Assembly: GCA_963663225.1 (NCBI GenBank)
Contig: OY760142.1
Coordinates: 928,001 to 992,000 of the forward strand
Direction: 5' to 3'
Length of the DNA stretch: 64,000 nucleotides
DNA from: Nitrospirota bacterium
GTDB taxonomy: Bacteria > Nitrospirota > UBA9217
In this document: piece after piece, positions 20,607 through 29,771 of the stretch
Position numbering within the stretch: position 1 is the stretch's first letter
Layout of the letters: the number at the start of each line of letters is the position of its first letter
The notes under the pieces: generated by a model
Database searches by the model: none
Told to the model about the DNA's origin: nothing
What the model saw: only the letters and a program-made list of their open reading frames with translations
Translations under genes and position numbers: made by a program

Positions 20607-21587
20607 ATGATAAAAAGTATGCGGAATAAAAGTCTGATTGGTATGCTTGTCCTGCTGGTCTGTCTTGCTTCGGCTGCAACGATGTACGCCAAGGAAAATT
20701 ACAAGGGCTATGTAAAAGGAGAAGTGTTCATCACCGCACAGGAACTCAACGGCCTCATACAGGCAAAGGACCAGAAGCTGGTCGTCATCGCGGTCGCCAA
20801 CGCGAAAGACTACTACCTCGGCCATGTTCCGGGTTCCTTCCAGATGTGGCGGCCTGATTATGAAGCTGATCCCGCGACACAGGGCGGCGTAACGGACAAC
20901 CTCATTCAGCCGGAAGGGTTCACTAAACTGATGCAGAGAATCGGCGTCAATGCAGACTCCAAAGTCGTCGTATATGACCATAAATACGACGCAACCAGAA
21001 TCTGGTGGGCCTTCTATTATTACGGCAAGACTGACGTTCGCGTGCTCGACGGAGGACTGAAGGCATGGACCAAGGCTGGTTACGGCACTGATCTCCTGGC
21101 CAGCAAAGACCCGCGGCCGGGGACATGGGTCGCAAAAATTACCTATCCAACGCTCCGCGTTGACACACCGGAAATACTTGGATTGAAAGACAAGAAAGAT
21201 GCGCAGTTGTGGGACGTCCGGGGCGACTCGGAATCCTGCGGCAAGGAAATCAAACAAGGCGCGTTTCGCGCCGGACGAATTCCCTGGGGCGTTCAGGCGG
21301 ATTATGTGCTTCTCAAAAAGAAGGACAATGATGCCGAGTGGTTGACTGCCGAAGAGGTTCAGAAAGTTGTAAAAAAACTCGGCGTGAACCCCAAGATGCA
21401 GCAGTATTTCTATTGCCAGTCCGGCGTTCGCTGCTCACAGTGGATCATTACCCTTTATGCTATGGGCTGGCCGATCTCGAAAATGCACAACTACGACGGT
21501 TCCTGGATTGCCTGGTCGAAGGATGAAAAACTTCCTATAGAAACGGGCTGTCCGGACACCACGCCGGCTCCCTGGCAAAAGAAATAA
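20607..21587 (+). CDS. Two-domain rhodanese/sulfurtransferase with predicted Sec signal peptide
   Basis: GHVPGS, VVVYD, VRVLDGG, GRIP, active loop YCQSGVR, YDGSWIAW; basic-hydrophobic N-terminus ending ATMYA. Confidence 0.88.
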   Translation: MIKSMRNKSLIGMLVLLVCLASAATMYAKENYKGYVKGEVFITAQELNGLIQAKDQKLVVIAVANAKDYYLGHVPGSFQMWRPDYEADPATQGGVTDNLIQPEGFTKLMQRIGVNADSKVVVYDHKYDATRIWWAFYYYGKTDVRVLDGGLKAWTKAGYGTDLLASKDPRPGTWVAKITYPTLRVDTPEILGLKDKKDAQLWDVRGDSESCGKEIKQGAFRAGRIPWGVQADYVLLKKKDNDAEWLTAEEVQKVVKKLGVNPKMQQYFYCQSGVRCSQWIITLYAMGWPISKMHNYDGSWIAWSKDEKLPIETGCPDTTPAPWQKK

Positions 21588-21609
21588 TTTATATTTCAGT
21601 TCCGCTCCA

Positions 21610-21646
21610 TAAGCAAAAGCCCTGGACAACCCAGGGCTTTTGCTTA
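21610..21646. terminator. Bidirectional intrinsic terminator
   Basis: Perfect 16-bp stem TAAGCAAAAGCCCTGG/CCAGGGCTTTTGCTTA, 5-nt loop, between convergent genes. Confidence 0.8.
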
Positions 21647-21684
21647 CAGTGAGATTCTCGTGAACCATTATGCATGAGGGAAAA

Positions 21685-22164
21685 TCAACACGCTATCCGT
21701 TCTTTTTTTAATTCAAGGAATAGGTTCGTCCTCGCGAATGGCGACTTGAGTTCCGGAGTAAACTCCCTGAACCCGAGACTGGAGTATAAATTAACCGCCG
21801 GCACCAAAATGCTGTTGGTTTCAATGACAATTCTTTCTGCGCCGTGGGACCAGCAAAATTCCATCACACGCTTACACAGCCTGCGTCCCACTCCTTTGCC
21901 CTAGTGTTTTTCGTCAACTCCCAGTTTTGCCAATTCTCAATCGCCGCCGGATAGTTTCTGGGCCGCACACGTTCCGACCGTAATTCCATGTATGTGAGCA
22001 AAAAATATCTGCCCGCCCGGAAGAATAATTTTTTCGCATGGATTATCCAGCAGCTCCAGGTCGGCTGCTTCAAGAGTAAAATACCGCTCAATCCATGCGC
22101 GGTTAAGCCTTGCAAATTCGCTTGCCAAACTTTCAGCATAGGTAACGATTCGTACGGAATTCAT
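21685..22164 (-). pseudogene. GNAT acetyltransferase pseudogene with two in-frame stops
   Basis: Single frame reads MNSVRI...KLSGGD*ELAKLGVDEKH*GKGVGRRL...AVNLYSSLGF; TGA at 21939-21937 and TAG at 21903-21901. Confidence 0.8.
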
Positions 22165-22402
22165 GCTGTGCTCAACCTTTCTGGTTGACGGTTCCAGCAA
22201 AAAAAAAGGGCAAGCTGTACCCTGTGCATTGCATGTCGCACGGGCGTAATGATTGGTAGCTGCTTAGTCTTTCAGGACGTTGCTGATAATAAAAAAGATG
22301 AAAACTGTCTTGCCAGCGTTGCTGACAGCCACGACAACTGTCGTTGAGATGAGTATTACTCTGAAGGGTTTTCAGAACAGGTTTTTGCTATGAAATGGTC
22401 CG

Positions 22403-23935
22403 TTATGATGGGGTACGCATGTCCTGTTCGCGATATCTGACCCGTAGTTCTTTTTTCATGATCTTCCCGGTTGCGTTTCGCGGAAGATCGTCGGTGAAAA
22501 TGAATCTTCGGGCGATCTTGTAGTGTGCGACGTGTTTTGAAAGGTATTCTCGGAGCGCTTTTGCCGTCACGTTTGCGTCTTCGTGCAACACCACATACAT
22601 GATCGCCAGTTCCTTGCCCTCTTCGTGCTCATGCGACACGCCGATCATGGCGCAGTCCTTGATCGCCGGATGCCGGTGGAGCACTTCTTCCACCTCATAG
22701 GGATAGACGTTCAGACCGTCCACAATGATCATGTCTTTTTTTCGGTCGATAATCCGAATATGCCCTGTTTCTTCGATGCAGGCAACGTCACCGGTGTAAA
22801 GCCATCCGTCCTTGATGGTTTTTGACGTGTCCTCAGGCTTGTTCAGATAGCCTTGCATGACGCTCGGCCCCTTCACGATAAGTTCTCCGGCTTCACCAGC
22901 GGCCACGGGAACGCCGGAGTCGTCGACCACTCTGACTTCTATGCCCGGCAGCGGCAGGCCTACGGTGCCGGGTTTTCTCTTGGCAAGCTCCGGTGGGTTG
23001 ACGGCAACCACCGGAGAGGCTTCCGTCAGTCCGTATCCTTCGATAAGCATCACCTTGAAGGTCTTTTCAAACTCATGGATTACCTTAACCGGCAGCGGCG
23101 CCGCGCCGCAAATGCAGAGCCTGAGATTCAGCAGGAGTTTCACGAAGAACGGCATATTCTTCTCTGCGAGGATTTTATACACTGTGGGAATGGCGACAAA
23201 AAGCGTGATGCGGTCCATAATGAGGCTTTTTACGACCCGGGAAAACGGCCGGACGCCGGGAAGCAGTGAAATCATGGACCCCGTTACCAGCGGAACGATT
23301 ACGCACACGGTATAGGTAAACGAATGAAACAGGGGCAGGAAGACAACGAAACGGTCTTTTTGTTTGATTTGAAAAACTTTTGTCGATGCGAAGGCGTTCA
23401 TAAGGATGTTGCGGTGCGTCAGACACGCTCCCTTGGGTCGGCCCGTGGTCCCCGATGTATAAAGGATCGTTGAGACATCATCCACAGAATGCTCAGGGGT
23501 ATCGGCCGGTTCGCCCGACAAAAGAGAATTCACTACTTCGGAAAGAGGAATGAACGTGCGGGAATTCGTCTCGGTAAGTTTCTGAACCGTTCCTGCGCAA
23601 TCCGTGTCGTAGAAGCAGGTGTGAACGTCCGCATCATTTAAAATAAAGTCAATCTCTTCGTGCGTCAGCAGATTATTGAGCGGAAGGACAACGCCGCCGC
23701 CGCGAATAATCCCGAAATATGCCGCAATATAGTCCGGACAGTTATGGGCAAGGAGCGCTACCCTATCGCCCGGCGTCATACCGCGGCGCAGAAGAAATTC
23801 CGCGAACACGTTTGCCTGCTGGTCCATGTCTCTATAGGAGAATTTTTTACCTTCAAATCGTATGAATGTTTTGCGCGGGGCAAGGGCAGCACGCCTGCGC
23901 AGCAAGTGGTCAAGCGGAAGGACATCTTTTATCAT
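22403..23935 (-). CDS. Long-chain fatty acid--CoA ligase (ANL superfamily)
   Basis: YTSGTTGRPKG, EGYGLTE, LYTGD, RKKD, PRNATGKI; start set to ATG 23935. Confidence 0.9.
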   Translation of the reverse strand: MIKDVLPLDHLLRRRAALAPRKTFIRFEGKKFSYRDMDQQANVFAEFLLRRGMTPGDRVALLAHNCPDYIAAYFGIIRGGGVVLPLNNLLTHEEIDFILNDADVHTCFYDTDCAGTVQKLTETNSRTFIPLSEVVNSLLSGEPADTPEHSVDDVSTILYTSGTTGRPKGACLTHRNILMNAFASTKVFQIKQKDRFVVFLPLFHSFTYTVCVIVPLVTGSMISLLPGVRPFSRVVKSLIMDRITLFVAIPTVYKILAEKNMPFFVKLLLNLRLCICGAAPLPVKVIHEFEKTFKVMLIEGYGLTEASPVVAVNPPELAKRKPGTVGLPLPGIEVRVVDDSGVPVAAGEAGELIVKGPSVMQGYLNKPEDTSKTIKDGWLYTGDVACIEETGHIRIIDRKKDMIIVDGLNVYPYEVEEVLHRHPAIKDCAMIGVSHEHEEGKELAIMYVVLHEDANVTAKALREYLSKHVAHYKIARRFIFTDDLPRNATGKIMKKELRVRYREQDMRTPS

Positions 23936-24122
23936 GGGAACTCCCGATAGCGGAGAAATCACAATTTCTGACGGAGGACTATACCACAAGTCGCCTAGAA
24001 GGAAAAGCAAAATATTGCAGAAATTACCGCGAAAAATAAGCCCTGAAAAAGACAAAATCCCGTCCTGTTTGGCTGTATCCATTTTCCGAAGCCGGTACGC
24101 GCCGGGAATACGGAGCGGAAGC

Positions 24123-24151
24123 TTGACAAAATACAGGATATATTATATCCT
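24123..24151 (+). promoter_or_regulatory. tpx promoter with overlapping palindromic operator
   Basis: TTGACA (24123-28), 17 nt, TATCCT (24146-51); perfect palindrome AGGATATA-T-TATATCCT (24135-24151). Confidence 0.65.
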
Positions 24152-24252
24152 ATTTATATGCCGTCTGGTTCCTGACGAGAACCGGGAATCCAGGTACAAG
24201 ACAAGGCTACAACTACACCATTTCAAAAGGACATATATTAGGAGGCAATCAG

Positions 24253-24783
24253 ATGGAGCGAACAGATGTAATAACCATGAAAGGCAAACCGCTTACCATT
24301 ACCGGCAACGACCTCAACCCGGGAGACAAGGCGCCCGACTTTACCGTTCTGGACGCCAATCTCGCGGAAGTGCGGCTCGGCGACTTTAAGGGAAAGATCA
24401 AAGTCATCAGCGTAACACCTTCTCTGGACACGCCGGTATGCGATCTGCAGCTGCGGAGATTTAACCATGAAGCGGCAGCGCTGCCGTCCGAGGTGGAAGT
24501 CCTGAACATCAGCATGGATTTGCCCTTTGCAATTTCCCGCTTCTGCGCTACTGCCGATATCGAACGGGCGCGAGCGCTTTCCGACCATCGGGAAGCGTCA
24601 TTTGGAAGGGCCTATGGGGTTTTGATCAAAGAGCTGCGCCTTCTTGCAAGATCGATTTTCATCATAGACAAGGATAATATCGTCCGGTATCGGGAAATCG
24701 TTTCGGAACAGACTAACCATCCCGATTATGACAAGGCGCTGGTAAAGTTGAACCACTTGCTCGCTGCAGCGAAAGCCGCGTAA
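24253..24783 (+). CDS. tpx: Thiol peroxidase (atypical 2-Cys peroxiredoxin)
   Basis: PSLDTPVC, ISMDLPFA, RFC, LLARS; RBS AGGAGG. Confidence 0.95.
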   Translation: MERTDVITMKGKPLTITGNDLNPGDKAPDFTVLDANLAEVRLGDFKGKIKVISVTPSLDTPVCDLQLRRFNHEAAALPSEVEVLNISMDLPFAISRFCATADIERARALSDHREASFGRAYGVLIKELRLLARSIFIIDKDNIVRYREIVSEQTNHPDYDKALVKLNHLLAAAKAA

Positions 24784-24814
24784 AAAAAGCAGGTGTCGGG
24801 GAAAACGAGAAAAG

Positions 24815-24848
24815 AAAAAGGCGGACATCGTTGTGCGATGTCCGCCTT
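24815..24848 (-). terminator. Intrinsic terminator of the cold-shock gene (possibly bidirectional)
   Basis: 13-bp stem AAGGCGGACATCG/CGATGTCCGCCTT followed by T-runs on the minus strand. Confidence 0.75.
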
Positions 24849-24868
24849 CTAAGGTTTGGCTTGGTGTT

Positions 24869-25069
24869 TTATTCTTTTACAACATTCGCTGCTTTCGGGC
24901 CCTTGGGGCTGTCAACAACGTCAAACGTCACGTTCTGACCTTCGGCCAGGGACTTGAATCCGCTGTCCTGAATGTCTGAGAAGTGGACAAAAACATCTCC
25001 GCCGTCTTCCTTGGTAATGAATCCGAAACCTTTGGAATCATTGAACCATTTTACGGTTCCTTTTGCCAT
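24869..25069 (-). CDS. Cold-shock protein (CspA family)
   Basis: GTVKWFN, RNP1 KGFGFI, RNP2 VFVHF; RBS GGAGG. Confidence 0.97.
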   Translation of the reverse strand: MAKGTVKWFNDSKGFGFITKEDGGDVFVHFSDIQDSGFKSLAEGQNVTFDVVDSPKGPKAANVVKE

Positions 25070-25336
25070 TCAGCATGAACCTCCTTCTGTGGATATTGAA
25101 GATAGCGGAAACGTCACAAAAAATGCCGCAAAAGGGAACGATCTTTGCGGCTTCTCTTCAACAAAGACTTCCGAACTTCGGCGGCATGATCCCATACCAG
25201 CCGGAAAAAGTCAAGACATTTCAAGAACCGCGGGGAGTTTTTTTCACGGTTGAATCACCGGGCCGTCTGGACACCGGGTAAGAGAGATAGTATACTTCGC
25301 TATAGAATCTGTGCGTTTATACTGCAAGGAGAAAAA

Positions 25337-27169
25337 ATGACACGAAAAAACCAGCGGGCGGCACGTAGAGAGCAAGCAACCTGGGACCTGAAGCCGCTTT
25401 TTAAAAGTGACGATGCACCGGAGATTGAGCAGAAAAGGAAGATCATCGAGCAAAAGAGCTATGAATTCATCAACGCCTGGAAAGACCGCACGGATTACCT
25501 GGAGGATCCCGTTGTTTTGCGTCAGGCCCTCGACCAGTATGAAGCGTGGAAGCGGCTGTATGGGACTGACGGTGATGAAGGGTACTACTTCTGGCTTCGC
25601 ACCCAGCAAGACCAGAACGATCCGAAACTGAAGGCAAAATTCAACCAGGTTGAGGATTTCAGCAGAAAAATCGAGAATGACAGCCAGTTCTTTCACCTGC
25701 GCATTGCCAGGATCAAACCAGAGAGACAGGCGGTGTTTCTCACCCACGGCGCCTTGGCACCGTATCGTCATTTTCTGGAGCGGATTTTCGCCGAATCGCG
25801 GTATCACTTGAGTGAACCGGAGGAGAAAATCCTCAACCTTAAATCAGCGACATCGTATTCGAACTGGACAAAAATGACCGCCGGTTTTCTTTCCAAGGAA
25901 ACACGAACAGTCGCTACGGAAGACGGCGGCAAAAAAACCAGGACCTTTTCAGAGATTGTCGGACTGATGAACAGCAAAAGCAAACCCGTCCGCAATTCCG
26001 CTGCAAAAGCATTCAACCATATACTGCTGCAGCAGGCGGACGTGGCCGAGGCGGAATTGAATTCGGTCCTGGCAAACAAGAAAATCGACGACGAACTCAG
26101 AAACGCGCTCCGTCCGGACACACTCAGGCATCTTGCGGATGACATAGACAGCGACGTTGTGGACACGCTCATCGATTCCGTTGCCGGGCGGTTTTCAATC
26201 TCTGCGCGATATTACGCGCTCAAGGCCAAGCTGTTCAAAGTCTCCAGGCTCAAATACCACGAAAGAAACGTAGAGTTCGGCGCGGTCGCAAAGCACTATC
26301 CGTATTTTCGGGCGGCAAACCTGGTACACGGCGTTCTCGCAAAACTTGATGCAGAACTGGGAAGTATCGTCGCGGATTTCATCAAAAACGACCGGATTGA
26401 CGCATATCCCAGAAAAGGCAAAGGCAGCGGCGCGTTCTGCATTTATCATCTCATGACGCAGCCCACCTATATCCTGCTGAACCACACCGGGAAGTTGCAT
26501 GACGTTCTTACCATTGCGCACGAACTGGGCCACGGCATCAACAACGAGCTCATCAAGAAAAAACAGCACGCTCTCGATTTTGGGACCCCGACTTCGACCG
26601 CTGAAGTGGCAAGCACGTTTATGGAGGATTTCGTTCTTGAAGAAATCCTGCGCAACGCAGACGACGAACTGCGGCTTGCCATCATGATGCAGAAGCTGAA
26701 CGATGATATTTCCTCCATTTTCCGGCAGGTAGCATGCTACCGCTTCGAACAGGAACTGCACTCGGAATTCCGCGTCCGCGGCTATTTATCGAAAGATGAA
26801 ATCGGCTCCCTTTTTCAGAAACACATGGCTTTGTATATGGGAGACGCGGTTGAACAGTCCCCGGGTTCCGAAAACTGGTGGGTGTACTGGAGCCACATCC
26901 GGTATTTCTTCTATGTGTACTCTTATGCAAGCGGGCTTCTGATTTCCAAGGCCCTTCAGCAGTCCGTGAAGCAAAACCCCGAGTTCATCACGAAGGTCAA
27001 GGAATTTCTTTCTGCCGGCCTTTCCGAGTCTCCCAAGAATATATTCGCAAAACTCGGCATCAACATCGCAGACAGGGAGTTCTGGAACCGCGGGTTGGAC
27101 AGGGTGGAAATGCTCCTGGGCGAAACAGAGCGGCTTGCGGCGCACATGGGCAAGATCAGGAAAAAGTGA
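25337..27169 (+). CDS. M3B oligoendopeptidase F-like peptidase
   Basis: WDLKPL start, GKGSGAFC, HELGH zinc motif, AEVAS, FYVYSYA; RBS AAGGAG before ATG 25337. Confidence 0.9.
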   Translation: MTRKNQRAARREQATWDLKPLFKSDDAPEIEQKRKIIEQKSYEFINAWKDRTDYLEDPVVLRQALDQYEAWKRLYGTDGDEGYYFWLRTQQDQNDPKLKAKFNQVEDFSRKIENDSQFFHLRIARIKPERQAVFLTHGALAPYRHFLERIFAESRYHLSEPEEKILNLKSATSYSNWTKMTAGFLSKETRTVATEDGGKKTRTFSEIVGLMNSKSKPVRNSAAKAFNHILLQQADVAEAELNSVLANKKIDDELRNALRPDTLRHLADDIDSDVVDTLIDSVAGRFSISARYYALKAKLFKVSRLKYHERNVEFGAVAKHYPYFRAANLVHGVLAKLDAELGSIVADFIKNDRIDAYPRKGKGSGAFCIYHLMTQPTYILLNHTGKLHDVLTIAHELGHGINNELIKKKQHALDFGTPTSTAEVASTFMEDFVLEEILRNADDELRLAIMMQKLNDDISSIFRQVACYRFEQELHSEFRVRGYLSKDEIGSLFQKHMALYMGDAVEQSPGSENWWVYWSHIRYFFYVYSYASGLLISKALQQSVKQNPEFITKVKEFLSAGLSESPKNIFAKLGINIADREFWNRGLDRVEMLLGETERLAAHMGKIRKK

Positions 27170-27278
27170 GAATACAAACGCCTGCTGTTGAAGGTCAGAG
27201 AGTTAATTGCTTCTGATTTTAAACTTGATTGGGATTCTGCAAGGACTTAATTTTTAGATGGGAACTATCGTCTAAAAA

Positions 27279-27355
27279 TGGCGGGGTGGACGGGGCTCGA
27301 ACCCGCGACCTCCGGCGTGACAGGCCGGCGTTCTAACCGGCTGAACTACCACCCC
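27279..27355 (-). tRNA. tRNA-Asp (GUC)
   Basis: GGGGUGG...CUGUCAC...GGUUCGAG...CCACCCCGCCA cloverleaf with encoded CCA. Confidence 0.97.
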
Positions 27356-27388
27356 GCGTGTGAAGAACTGAACAGAATGAAGTTGATT

Positions 27389-27464
27389 TGGTAGGCGGAA
27401 CAGGGATCGAACCTGTGACCCCAGCCTTGTAAGGGCTGTGCTCTCCCAGCTGAGCTACCCGCCC
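27389..27464 (-). tRNA. tRNA-Val (UAC)
   Basis: GGGCGGG...CUUACAA...GGUUCGAU...UCCGCCUACCA cloverleaf with encoded CCA. Confidence 0.97.
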
Positions 27465-27560
27465 GGTTCCAACCAGCAACATGGAAATCGTAATATCTAT
27501 TATTCGAGAACAAAAGTCAAGCGAAATTTATGCCGGTTTCGCTCGATTTGCAACCGGCAC

Positions 27561-29462
27561 TTACTCTCTGAAAGACAGAACCAGTTCATAGAGACCGCTC
27601 TCCACGCGTTTTTCAATATTGAATCCCGCCTTCTCAAAAAGATAGAGCATGTGCCGGTTCTCCATCAGAACGGTTGCGGTGAATCCGAGCAGACCCCTCT
27701 TTTTTGCCAGATAGGTGACATATTCAAGCAGCACATTACCGATGCCTTTGTCCTGGTAATCGTCGCGGACGACAAAGCCTACATCAGCGGTGTTTGCAGC
27801 TTCATAGATGGTATACTGAGCCATCCCCACAACCCTTTCCTTTTCCTGTTGCTGCATCACCGCGAGAATGACCATTTCCTTGGTATAGTCGATAACAACA
27901 AGCGGTTGAAGGCGTTCATGGTGCATGTCGATGCGCGCAGTCATGTACCGACGGTACATGCAATCATCCGACAGGGAATAAAAAAAGTCCTTCAACAAAG
28001 GTTCATCGCTCAGCTTTACCGGCCTGAGCAAAAGATTGAGTCCCGTGTCGGTGGTTTTATACGTTTCCAGTTCTGCCGGGTATTCTCCTTTTGCCCCCGG
28101 GATGAATGCCTGATCCTGATAAATAAGGTTTCTGTGCTTCGCTTCTCTGATGAGCCCTTCCCGGAATCGGGGGTGTGCAATGGCGATCAGATCCATGGCA
28201 CGTTCGCGGATATTTTTGCCGTGGAGATAGGCGATACCGTATTCGGTCACCACGTAATGCGCGTCTCCCCGGGAAAACGTTACACCCGATCCCTCTTTGA
28301 GGAAAGGAACGATGCGCGAGGTTTCTCCGTTTTCGGCCGTTGACTGGATCGCAAGAATGGTTTTTCCGCCGGAAGACAGCATCGCGCCGCGCATAAAGTC
28401 GGCGTGTCCGCCAATCCCGCTGTAAAACATGGTTCCGAGCGACTCGGTTGTCGCTTGTCCGGAGAGGTCTATTTCCAGCGCACTGTTGATGGCCGTCATG
28501 TTCTTTTGTCTGGCAAGCACCAGCGGGTTGTTGGTGTAATCCACGGGTTTGAATTCAATGGATTCGTTTTCATGCAGGAATTCATACGTCGCGTGTTTCC
28601 CCATGCAGAATGCCGCGACCGTTTTGCCCGTGTCCAGTTCTTTGCGGGAGTTGTCGATAACACCGGCTTTTATCAGCTCGACAATGCCGTCAGTCAGAAG
28701 TTCGGTATGCACACCCAGGTGCTTCTTGTTTTTAAGATGAGCAAGCACTGCGTTTGGGATGCTTCCATACCCCACCTGGATCGTGTCTCCGTCCTGGACG
28801 ATCCGCGCAATATAGGAGCCGATTTTCTGAGCGATTTCGTCAGAAACAGGCTCCTGGTATTCCAGAAGCGGCTCATCATGCGGAACAATGAAATCGACAT
28901 CGCTGATGTTGAGAAACGTGTCTCCCGGCACCCGGGGCATGTGCACGTTCGGCTGGGCTATCACCAGCGCAGCGTTCTCGCACGCGGCTTTTACAATATC
29001 AACGCTGATGCCAAGACTCAGAAATCCGCGCTCGTCCGGAAGAGATGTCTGGACCAGCGCCACGTCAACAGGTACAAGCTTTTTCTGAAACAGTGCGGGA
29101 ATTTGAGACAGGAAAATCGGCGTATAGTCAGCCAGGCCGCGGTTTACCGCGCGGCGGGTATTATTGCCGATAAAGAAAGAGTTGTGACGAAAATTTTCTT
29201 TGAACTTTTCGTCAGTGTACGGCGCCACGCCCAGGGTCCAGACCTGGAACAATTCCGCGTCGAAAAATGCTTTTGGGTGGGAATGGACATATTCGGTGAG
29301 GGCCCTGACAAGATACTGCGGTTCTCCGCACGCGGTTCCGACAAAGATGCGGTTCCCGGGATGAATGTTGCCGAAAATCAGCTCATTCGCAGCAAATTTC
29401 TGCGGATACCGCGATCTCAACAGATTCAAGTTTTCTTTGTCATCTGTATGCGCAGCCGTCAT
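27561..29462 (-). CDS. Acetyl-CoA hydrolase/CoA-transferase fused to a C-terminal GNAT acetyltransferase
   Basis: LSLGISVD, TIQVGYG, GVHTELL, INSALEIDLSGQ, SGIGGHADF, VVTEYG; GNAT motif A VRDDYQDKGIG; start set to ATG 29462. Confidence 0.88.
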   Translation of the reverse strand: MTAAHTDDKENLNLLRSRYPQKFAANELIFGNIHPGNRIFVGTACGEPQYLVRALTEYVHSHPKAFFDAELFQVWTLGVAPYTDEKFKENFRHNSFFIGNNTRRAVNRGLADYTPIFLSQIPALFQKKLVPVDVALVQTSLPDERGFLSLGISVDIVKAACENAALVIAQPNVHMPRVPGDTFLNISDVDFIVPHDEPLLEYQEPVSDEIAQKIGSYIARIVQDGDTIQVGYGSIPNAVLAHLKNKKHLGVHTELLTDGIVELIKAGVIDNSRKELDTGKTVAAFCMGKHATYEFLHENESIEFKPVDYTNNPLVLARQKNMTAINSALEIDLSGQATTESLGTMFYSGIGGHADFMRGAMLSSGGKTILAIQSTAENGETSRIVPFLKEGSGVTFSRGDAHYVVTEYGIAYLHGKNIRERAMDLIAIAHPRFREGLIREAKHRNLIYQDQAFIPGAKGEYPAELETYKTTDTGLNLLLRPVKLSDEPLLKDFFYSLSDDCMYRRYMTARIDMHHERLQPLVVIDYTKEMVILAVMQQQEKERVVGMAQYTIYEAANTADVGFVVRDDYQDKGIGNVLLEYVTYLAKKRGLLGFTATVLMENRHMLYLFEKAGFNIEKRVESGLYELVLSFRE

Positions 29463-29618
29463 AGGCTTTCCTTTTTGGATACAGTATATCAGAAAGAATA
29501 CAGATGATGACAGAAAAATTCCAGCGAAAAACGATTTTCCCGCACCGCCTTCGTGTGCTATACTACATGCAGTGCGCAATGTGACACAGCGCCGTTCTGC
29601 AGGCATGTATGCTCCTTA

Positions 29619-29725
29619 GTGGAGCCCCCTCCGACAGGAGCCGGAGGCTCCTTCGATAAGCGCGACCTCCCGTGACTTACTGCATTCCTCCCCTGGCAGG
29701 AGCCAGGGGATTCCATGTCGCAGGG
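29619..29725 (-). mobile_element. Twin same-orientation hairpins; possible non-autonomous IS200/IS605-end remnant (alternatively a structured RNA)
   Basis: Minus strand GAATCCCCTGGC-TCCT-GCCAGGGGAGGAATGC and GAGCCTCCGGC-TCCT-GTCGGAGGGGGCTCCAC; no transposase ORF. Confidence 0.35.
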
Positions 29726-29771
29726 ATTGAAAAGAACTCTGCGTTAACTCGGCAGTACTGTGAGGTGACTC

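Noticed and set aside
21901-21939. Selenocysteine/pyrrolysine recoding of the GNAT stops
   Set aside because: The positions correspond to Trp/Gln-type residues, no SECIS-like hairpin is evident, and all three stop codons end other genes normally.
24160-24208. Hairpin with a CTGACGA loop in the tpx leader (hammerhead or riboswitch?)
   Set aside because: The GAAA core and three-stem geometry are missing; CGGGAATCCAG looks more like a degenerate REP-type repeat, seen only once here.
27279-27464. tRNA genes as an island integration site
   Set aside because: No integrase and no duplicated tRNA 3' end seen in the window.
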